Part shown: positions 57,226-64,000 of the stretch, one piece after another
How the letters are laid out: the number at the start of each line of letters is the position of its first letter
How positions within the stretch are numbered: the stretch's first letter is position 1
Sequence record: OR228459.1
Reading direction: 5' to 3' (one strand)
DNA from: Klebsiella phage fENko-Kae01
DNA: 64,000 nt
Notes under the pieces: generated by a model
Told to the model about the DNA's origin: nothing
What the model saw: the letters and a program-made list of their open reading frames with translations, nothing else
Database searches by the model: none
Program-made: the position numbers and the translations under genes

Positions 57226-59610
57226 ATGGCAAATTTTCAGCCTCGCTGGGACTTGAAAGCTGATACAACTGTGATTTCGGAAGGTGAGCAAACTTATGTT
57301 CGCATTCAATTAAGAAAAAATGATGACGGTACTAGCCTTGAGTATAAATTAAAAGATGAACAGTACTTAGAATTAACCTATACTATTTCTGGAAGCGGAG
57401 AAACATTAGACGAACGTGATTTTGAACTTTATGTTGGTGAAGATATAAGTAAGCTAGTTAATATTAAAGATGGTACAACGGGCATTAGAACAATCTTTGG
57501 TCAGCATGTAGTTAAATTGTCTAAAAAACAATTCAATCTTGCTAGTAATACTCAAATAATTGATGTATACTATATGAAGTTAGTTTGTGTTGATGACGGT
57601 ATTTGGGATGGCCCTGAAAAACTTCAATTCACATTAAACACAATGGATGAGGTAACATTAACAGATGACCAAATTTCAAACCAAGAATCAGCAGGTACTA
57701 TTGGTAATAATCGAGTTGAAATAAATTATAATGACAGTAATGAAATATGGGTTACACCAAGTGTGATTGCACGTGGAGAAAAGTACACGATTGGTGCGTT
57801 AGGATATGGTTCAGATAGTCGTTTATTCGTTGATTCATTTGGACGTACTCGTATTTTTGATGATGAAATTGATATCAATGAATATCCCAATGATAGCTCG
57901 AATCGAGTATTTTATCCTACATATAAAATTGAAAGAATTTCAATGAATAGTATACCTACTGAACATATAACAGGTAGCGGTACTATTTTAGTTCCACAAA
58001 CTTCAGATTTAATTGAAGAAACTGACATTGTTATTATGGATACATTGGGTAATTTTGTGAGTACTGGATTGAAGTTTAATGCAAATGGTCAAATATTACA
58101 AACTATGATATATGAATCAGACCCAATTGATGCTTATTTCAGGGCGACGATTGTACCATTAACTTCCTACTATAAATCACCATCTGATGCATTTTATGTT
58201 GGTAAAAGATTCAAAGCATATCAAATGTGGGTTTGTCCAGATGATCACACATACATTAAGGGTAATGTACAACCGGGACATTTGTACCAATTAAAAGATA
58301 ACGTTATCTATCCGTATGTTATTAAATCAGAATATATCAATGGTGTAGAATATGCATTATTCGAAGAAGAAATGTGGAATGATTTAGGTGTATATTCGGT
58401 TAAACTTGGTGGTGATATTATTAATCAAACACGCCTATTCCGTATATTAGTAAATGCTAGTACAGGTGGTGGTATCGATTTTGAAACTGATGCCAACTTA
58501 GGTAGAATTCATGTTGGTGAGTACTTTGGTCATACAGTTTATCCTGTCATCAAAGCAAGTGGTACTTTTGTTACCTACCGAGTAGACTATGATTCATCGC
58601 CTGATGACATTAGAAAGTACGGTATTGATTTAACGGCTGATGGATTTATGGTCGGTACTGCATATGCTAGAAGTAATGATTTCTCAGCTAACGATGATAT
58701 TAAACTTGAATTTGATGTTATAGCAAACGAAAAGAGTGGTACAACTGTTACTAAACGATTCAACATTACAATTATTCGTGGTTTTGGACAGAACTTTCTA
58801 ACTGCACACATTGCACCAAGTAAGACTTTCGAACGTGCATGGTTTGCTAGCATTGCAACATCAAACTATTATTTAAACAAAACTTACTACCGGGAAAGTG
58901 ATGATAGATATGGAATACAAAAGATTCCACGTCTGCTATTGAAAGAAAACTTTGTCTCCCAGAACTTTAATTTTGTTTCCATTAAAGAAACTAAAAAGTT
59001 GTTATCAAAGACTATTGTTGACCCAGATTTTGGTGCTCCAGTACCGAATGGTGTCTTCTCATTAGTAATGGGTAATTATAAGATAACATCTGCACTTGAC
59101 AATCTCGGAAATGTGGTGTATGATTTACTCTACCGTGAACTTCATCCATCAGGTACACGTGTTGATGTGAGCATGAATCCTCATGTTTATACGACAACGA
59201 ACAATGATGTGTTTGCTGAAATATTTGGTTTGCGTCAGAATGTATTCAAGGCGGTTGGGGAAGATGTAACAAACCTATACACTGACCCTGATGACTTCCG
59301 TGATCGTGCATTGGTAGTTCCTCCAATAGCTGGATTATCAGATGAAATGACTGATACAGTCCCACGTTTCATGAATCACCCGTATGAAGAATATGGTTTA
59401 AAACCACAATTCATGCCTATACTACCTGTTGCGTATTTCAAACCCGGTCAAGCAGAAGCATTCTTTACTAAACTTGTGCAAAGTAATGAGCACAGTACTT
59501 TAGTAAATACCGAGTTCGAAGTACATGGTGTGGAATTTACTTTCCACACTTCTGAATATGAATTATATGTGAAAGATAAATTTATTATTCCATTAGTAGG
59601 TAAGCAATAA
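57226..59610 (+). CDS. large hypothetical protein (795 aa), possibly virion-associated
   Basis: True start MANFQPRW with GGAG RBS. The 57163 start in the ORF track lies inside the terminator hairpin. Beta-rich. Confidence 0.55.
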   Translation: MANFQPRWDLKADTTVISEGEQTYVRIQLRKNDDGTSLEYKLKDEQYLELTYTISGSGETLDERDFELYVGEDISKLVNIKDGTTGIRTIFGQHVVKLSKKQFNLASNTQIIDVYYMKLVCVDDGIWDGPEKLQFTLNTMDEVTLTDDQISNQESAGTIGNNRVEINYNDSNEIWVTPSVIARGEKYTIGALGYGSDSRLFVDSFGRTRIFDDEIDINEYPNDSSNRVFYPTYKIERISMNSIPTEHITGSGTILVPQTSDLIEETDIVIMDTLGNFVSTGLKFNANGQILQTMIYESDPIDAYFRATIVPLTSYYKSPSDAFYVGKRFKAYQMWVCPDDHTYIKGNVQPGHLYQLKDNVIYPYVIKSEYINGVEYALFEEEMWNDLGVYSVKLGGDIINQTRLFRILVNASTGGGIDFETDANLGRIHVGEYFGHTVYPVIKASGTFVTYRVDYDSSPDDIRKYGIDLTADGFMVGTAYARSNDFSANDDIKLEFDVIANEKSGTTVTKRFNITIIRGFGQNFLTAHIAPSKTFERAWFASIATSNYYLNKTYYRESDDRYGIQKIPRLLLKENFVSQNFNFVSIKETKKLLSKTIVDPDFGAPVPNGVFSLVMGNYKITSALDNLGNVVYDLLYRELHPSGTRVDVSMNPHVYTTTNNDVFAEIFGLRQNVFKAVGEDVTNLYTDPDDFRDRALVVPPIAGLSDEMTDTVPRFMNHPYEEYGLKPQFMPILPVAYFKPGQAEAFFTKLVQSNEHSTLVNTEFEVHGVEFTFHTSEYELYVKDKFIIPLVGKQ

Positions 59611-59619
59611 GGAGATTGT

Positions 59620-59928
59620 ATGTTTGATCCATTTTTTGACCCATCGGGTATGACTGATAAGGAATTACAACAAAAAATCTTTGATATGAGTAATCGTATA
59701 ACACAAGCACGTAATGCTGGAATGCCATCAGACATGATAGTACGTATGTACCTTGTTATTGATGCATGTGATGAAGAAATGTTATTTCGTGCATCTAGAA
59801 AGGAATACGAACAACTCGAAGATGAAGATACATGTGTATTCGATACCGAGTCTTACTTGAATAAAGAAGAGGATAAGAATAAAAAACATGAAAGTCCAAG
59901 GAAACAGATATATAAATCAGGATGGTGA
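59620..59928 (+). CDS. hypothetical protein
   Basis: 102 aa with GGAG RBS. Confidence 0.45.
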   Translation: MFDPFFDPSGMTDKELQQKIFDMSNRITQARNAGMPSDMIVRMYLVIDACDEEMLFRASRKEYEQLEDEDTCVFDTESYLNKEEDKNKKHESPRKQIYKSGW

Positions 59929-60406
59929 GGTATACTGCAATTTAAATGCAGTAGTCTACGCTATGAATTGTGGTTCAGATTTGCAATATCTCAAATTAAT
60001 GGAGATGGATGAATTTGAACGTGAAAAATTCAATGATAACTGTAAGAAGTTTGGATTAGAATATCGTATGCTCGATTACACAATCGAGCACGATAAGAAT
60101 CATGAGCTATGGCGATATGACCCAGCTTATGATAATATAAATTTAGAAGAGTACTTTCTAAACTTGTGTGAAACTGATGCACAAAAGCAGAGAGTACTGG
60201 AAGAACTTAGCTTATATGAACAATACAACATGACTAAGCTACTACGCTGCATGATGTGGTTAGTTGATTACCTTGAAGAACATAATATCTTTTGGGGTTT
60301 AGGTCGTGGTAGTTCAGTGAGTAGTTATTGCTTATTTTTACTAGGATTGCATTTGGTTGACAGTCTTAAATATGAGCTTGATGTAAATGAGTTCTTGAAA
60401 TGGTAA
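59888..60406 (+). CDS. hypothetical protein
   Basis: 172 aa in a different frame, overlapping the previous ORF by 41 nt. Start uncertain. Confidence 0.4.
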   Translation: MKVQGNRYINQDGEVYCNLNAVVYAMNCGSDLQYLKLMEMDEFEREKFNDNCKKFGLEYRMLDYTIEHDKNHELWRYDPAYDNINLEEYFLNLCETDAQKQRVLEELSLYEQYNMTKLLRCMMWLVDYLEEHNIFWGLGRGSSVSSYCLFLLGLHLVDSLKYELDVNEFLKW

Positions 60407-60436
60407 ACTAACTGTGCTAATATAAGGATATATTTT

Positions 60437-60829
60437 ATGGCAAAACACACCTCTTATCGTGGTCAGACCATTGATATGGATATGATGAAATATCAAAATC
60501 AGACTGCGACTGCTCTTGGCAATGCAAACATGAATGCACGTGGTGATAAAATCGGTCAAGGTGGCACTGTCATCAAGACTCGTGAAGAACTACTTGCTGA
60601 ACGTGAACGTCAAATGCAACTACCAGATTTCATTCCAGAACATACTAGCCACTCAGTAGCAGTACAAACTGCTGATGAAGGATTTGATGATTCTATGTTC
60701 GAACTACCAGAACAAGAACCGGTAGCTGCACCTGTACAGCCTGTACAGGAAGCTAAAGAAGAACCAGCTAAAGAAGCAGTGGAGAAAGTTTCCCCACGCA
60801 GAGTACGTACTAAGAAAGACGGAGAGTAA
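60437..60829 (+). CDS. hypothetical protein
   Basis: 130 aa with AGGA RBS. Confidence 0.5.
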   Translation: MAKHTSYRGQTIDMDMMKYQNQTATALGNANMNARGDKIGQGGTVIKTREELLAERERQMQLPDFIPEHTSHSVAVQTADEGFDDSMFELPEQEPVAAPVQPVQEAKEEPAKEAVEKVSPRRVRTKKDGE

Positions 60830-60834
60830 TAATC

Positions 60835-61158
60835 ATGGAGTCAAAAGTTATTACAGCTTTTAAAGGTAAAGTTTTAGTTACCAATTTAGACAGTGGTGAA
60901 CAAAAAACTGCTGGTGGTATTATTCTATCAGATGATGATGGTAAACTACGTGGTATCCATAGCCGTTGGGCTAAAGTATATAGCGTTGGTGAAGATATCA
61001 CTGATATTAAAGAAGGTGAATGGATTCTAGTTGAACATGGTCGTTGGTCACGTACCATTACAGTAGATGGTATTCAAATGAACCTAGTAGATTATCCAAA
61101 AGGTGTACTATGTTCATCCCCAGAACGTCCAGAAGGTTATGTTGGACTAGGAAAATAA
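60835..61158 (+). CDS. second GroES/gp31-like co-chaperonin
   Basis: KVLVT..EQKTAGGIILS..VYSVGEDI..GEWILVEH matches the Cpn10-like mobile-loop pattern. Confidence 0.5.
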   Translation: MESKVITAFKGKVLVTNLDSGEQKTAGGIILSDDDGKLRGIHSRWAKVYSVGEDITDIKEGEWILVEHGRWSRTITVDGIQMNLVDYPKGVLCSSPERPEGYVGLGK

Positions 61159-61163
61159 TTCAA

Positions 61164-61192
61164 ATGCCCGAAGTTTTTCGGGCTTTATTTTT
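61164..61192 (+). terminator. intrinsic terminator
   Basis: gcccgaa-gttt-ttcgggc followed by tttattttt. Confidence 0.7.
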
Positions 61193-61203
61193 GAAGGTAC
61201 TTT

Positions 61204-61479
61204 ATGATCACAGAAGACGGTAAAGTAGATTTTAATTTTGTTAAGTTAGAATCGAAAAACGGTAAGTTCTATTTTGAACATCCAAAAAATAAAAAATTAG
61301 TTTATGAAGTTAATCACGATCAATTCCGAACGTTATTCGTGAAAATGGCACAAGATAATGCTCGTGGTATTGAGTTACCAAATCGTTCTAATTCTTTTGA
61401 GTACTTAATGAGTCAATTAGAAATGAACGAAGATCTATTTCAAGCAATGTTATACCCAAATGAAGATTGGACAATTTAG
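61204..61479 (+). CDS. hypothetical protein
   Basis: 91 aa. Confidence 0.45.
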   Translation: MITEDGKVDFNFVKLESKNGKFYFEHPKNKKLVYEVNHDQFRTLFVKMAQDNARGIELPNRSNSFEYLMSQLEMNEDLFQAMLYPNEDWTI

Positions 61480-61488
61480 GAGTTAATT

Positions 61489-62445
61489 ATGAGTAATGCA
61501 CTATGGACAGAAAAGTATCGCCCACAAGATATGGAAAACTACGTATTCAAAAACCCAGCTTTTAAAGAAAAGATGGATGAATGGATTCGTACTGGTGATA
61601 TTCCACACATTGGCTTTTTTGGGCCAGCAGGTACAGGTAAAACATCTGCAATCGGTGTTCTAATTAACGGCCTAGAAAAGAATGGTCACATTGATCGTTT
61701 TGACGTTATGGTACTTAACATGTCCGATGAAGGTATCGACGCAGTTCGTGAAAAGATTGACCAAGCAGCACGTCTAGCACCTAATGGTAAGTACCGCATC
61801 TTTGTACTAGAAGAAATGGAACAGATGCACCAAAAAGCACAAGGTTCCCTAAAACGTACAATGGAAGACTATGCCGAAAATGCTCGTTTCATTCTAACAT
61901 CAAACGAACCTCACAAGATTCTAAAACCAATCCTATCGCGTGTTCAAACTATCATGATTGAGAAGCACGACCGCGAGGCGTATATGACTCGTGTAATCAA
62001 TATTCTACTAGCTGAAAACGTAGACTTGAGTACTGATGAATCTATCGAACTTGTTGAAAAATACATCAATGCAACCTATCCTGATTTCCGTAAAACACTA
62101 AACACGTTGCAAAGCAGTATCGTTGATGGTAAACTACTAAAACTTGAGGATAGCATTGATAGCACAGCGAACTACCGTTCACTCATCATTGATGCACTAA
62201 AGAACAACAACATTCGTGAGATGCGTGAACTCATTGTTCAAAACATTCCAGAAGATGAAATGGATGGGTTCTTTACATATCTTTCACAGAATGTTAAAAT
62301 GTTCTCAGATGACGAAATCACTCGTATGAAGATTATCGTTAAAATTCGTGATGCAATGGTGAAACAAGCGTCTGTATCAGACCGTGAACTCAACCTAAGT
62401 GCATTGCTATGTGAAATCGACCTAATCTGCACAGGAAACTGGTAA
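61489..62445 (+). CDS. clamp loader AAA+ subunit (T4 gp44-like / RFC small-subunit-like)
   Basis: FFGPAGTGKTS, VLEEMEQ (DExx), SRVQTI (SRC-like), YPDFRKTLNTL (cf. T4 gp44 FPDFRKTIGEL). Confidence 0.85.
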   Translation: MSNALWTEKYRPQDMENYVFKNPAFKEKMDEWIRTGDIPHIGFFGPAGTGKTSAIGVLINGLEKNGHIDRFDVMVLNMSDEGIDAVREKIDQAARLAPNGKYRIFVLEEMEQMHQKAQGSLKRTMEDYAENARFILTSNEPHKILKPILSRVQTIMIEKHDREAYMTRVINILLAENVDLSTDESIELVEKYINATYPDFRKTLNTLQSSIVDGKLLKLEDSIDSTANYRSLIIDALKNNNIREMRELIVQNIPEDEMDGFFTYLSQNVKMFSDDEITRMKIIVKIRDAMVKQASVSDRELNLSALLCEIDLICTGNW

Positions 62446-63065
62446 TGACTAAACAAAAAGTTGTCGTATTTGATTGTGATGAAATTTTACTAGACCACTT
62501 AGGTGGTCTTCGTGAATATGTTAAAGACCACTTTGATATTGTCACAAAAACGGAATACCCTACTGAATATTGCCTAGAAGAATGGCTAGGACTTGACGCC
62601 GTACAAGTACAAGAAGTAATCAAACAATTCAATCAGACAGCTTATGAGTTTGGATTGCTAAAACCTCTAGAGGGTGCACAATCCCTTCTTTGTGCATTGC
62701 GTCATACATACCCAGATGTAGTATTCGCAGTACTAACAAAGTCTGGTACATTCGGTCATGGTGAAGTACTTCGCCATGTTAATATTCATAATGTATACCC
62801 TAATATCTTCGATGAGATTCACATTGTAGAAATGTATGAATCAAAACGTGGTGTTCTATCTAAACTCAAACAACAATATGATGTTGTATGTTTAGTAGAC
62901 GATTACATTATGAATATCGAAACAGCATTGGCATTGGAAATTCCCGGTATCATGTTGAAACGCCCACACAATGAAAAGTACAAAGTTCGTACAGATTTCA
63001 CTTTTGTTGAAAATTGGGCTGGAATTATACATAGTGTAATTACTTTGATGAATAAAGGGGAGTAA
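62445..63065 (+). CDS. HAD-superfamily 5'(3')-deoxyribonucleotidase-like hydrolase
   Basis: Motif I VVFDCDEILLD. Motif IV VCLVDDY. Confidence 0.5.
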   Translation: MTKQKVVVFDCDEILLDHLGGLREYVKDHFDIVTKTEYPTEYCLEEWLGLDAVQVQEVIKQFNQTAYEFGLLKPLEGAQSLLCALRHTYPDVVFAVLTKSGTFGHGEVLRHVNIHNVYPNIFDEIHIVEMYESKRGVLSKLKQQYDVVCLVDDYIMNIETALALEIPGIMLKRPHNEKYKVRTDFTFVENWAGIIHSVITLMNKGE

Positions 63066-63076
63066 TCCCCTTTTGT
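63055..63076 (+). terminator. intrinsic terminator
   Basis: aagggg-agtaat-cccctt followed by ttgttgtttt. Confidence 0.5.
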
Positions 63077-63131
63077 TGTTTTCATATTCAGTAAATAAGA
63101 ATATAATTATGTAACATAAAGGAACATAAAC

Positions 63132-63704
63132 ATGGAAGAAAATTCAGCTATTCAAAACTTGTATGATCAAGATGGTCTTCTAGATATCCTTATTGGTGTT
63201 GAGAAGTACTTTGACGATATGGACTTGTTTGCTTATAAGAACTGGATTTACGGTGAACTAGTAGAGGGGCCATTCGTTAGTAAGTATTGGGTTGAAGTAA
63301 CTTTCAAATACGACCACGACACATTCCCAGACCCAATGGGTACTAAGGTTCTAGAGCAGCAAGGTACTAAAATTTCTATTAAGCGTGATTTTGAAAATAC
63401 TCCTATTGCTTTCCCACGTAACCGTAATGATATGGAAGTTGTAGGTACACAAAGCGGTTCGGTCTCTTTACCAAAAGATGAACGAATTCCAATTATACTT
63501 TATAAATTTCAAATTCCTCGTCGCATTGTCAATCCAGAAAGTTTTGATGAGTACAAACTACTTGCGAGTACTTTTAATAAAAATGCAGAAATGGATGAAG
63601 GTGAAGAACAACCAGCACCAGATATGAGCATGGAAGATGATCAAGAAGTCCAGCAGATGGATGATCAATTCGGCTTAGACGATGAAAACCAAGGAGGTAT
63701 GTAA
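63132..63704 (+). CDS. hypothetical protein with acidic C-terminus
   Basis: 190 aa. Confidence 0.5.
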   Translation: MEENSAIQNLYDQDGLLDILIGVEKYFDDMDLFAYKNWIYGELVEGPFVSKYWVEVTFKYDHDTFPDPMGTKVLEQQGTKISIKRDFENTPIAFPRNRNDMEVVGTQSGSVSLPKDERIPIILYKFQIPRRIVNPESFDEYKLLASTFNKNAEMDEGEEQPAPDMSMEDDQEVQQMDDQFGLDDENQGGM

Positions 63705-64000
63705 TGAAGCAACTTAATGAGAGAGCATTACGCCCCGACATTTTAAAAGATTTAATTCACCCAATCGTTAGTGTGGATGAATACACTTCTAAGATTGGAG
63801 AGAACAATGTAGTAGTAGCTTTTCAAGTACTAGATAATTTTGATGCAGCTTATGACCTAAGCTCCTTTATCGAAAAATCACCTATTGGAGTAATAGATAC
63901 TGAAGCAAGTGAAACTCCAAACGTTGATGGTCGATATGTAGTTTTTTCTGAATTCGAACGTAACGGTGAGTTTCCAGAGAAGCTACTAAAGCTATTAAAA
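63704..64000 (+). CDS. hypothetical protein, 5' partial (runs off the window)
   Basis: ATG at 63704 overlaps the preceding stop (TAATG). Open to the window end. Confidence 0.4.
   Translation, partial: MKQLNERALRPDILKDLIHPIVSVDEYTSKIGENNVVVAFQVLDNFDAAYDLSSFIEKSPIGVIDTEASETPNVDGRYVVFSEFERNGEFPEKLLKLLK

Noticed and set aside
59888-59928. A programmed frameshift joining ORFs 59620-59928 and 59888-60406 (41-nt overlap, different frames)
   Set aside because: There is no slippery heptamer or downstream structure in the overlap. More likely separate genes with an uncertain second start.

Overview
The window is a 64-kb stretch of a large virulent tailed phage (myovirus-like) with a T4-type core replication and recombination gene set. 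Nearly every gene sits on the + strand in short operons separated by intrinsic terminators. A conserved strong promoter, TTGGGACA-N12-TGTGATATAAT, recurs 11 times. GC is about 35-38% and Shine-Dalgarno sites are strong (GGAGG).

Recognisable genes:
- replication: family-B DNA polymerase (gp43-like), sliding clamp (gp45-like), clamp loader (gp44-like), gp32-like SSB, primase (gp61-like), DnaB-type helicase (gp41-like), Dda-like helicase
- recombination and nucleases: UvsX, UvsW, UvsY-like, T4-type RNase H/FEN plus a bacterial-type RNase HI, DexA-like exonuclease, PD-(D/E)xK nuclease, class Ia RNR NrdA/NrdB
- nucleotide metabolism: DHFR, HAD 5'-nucleotidase-like
- DNA topology: topoisomerase II subunits (gp39/gp52-like)
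- packaging and virion: large terminase, tail-fibre protein with HxH repeats

Less usual content:
- two inteins, one in the terminase P-loop and one in a metallophosphoesterase GNH motif
- two GroES/gp31-like co-chaperonins
- a host-like module encoding an IF3 homologue, a ClpS homologue and a KTSC protein, behind a perfect sigma70 consensus promoter
- two paralogous large HExxH proteins
- a 210-aa ORF carrying the ordered catalytic motifs of the Pol III alpha (C-family) palm
- a putative free-standing nuclease with three Zn-ribbon repeats and a Vsr/DUF559-like domain
- two antisense two-gene islands of paralogous proteins, one pair membrane-anchored

No tRNA, rRNA or CRISPR array was recognised. 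All calls rest on reading the sequence and on motifs recalled from memory; no database search was run.
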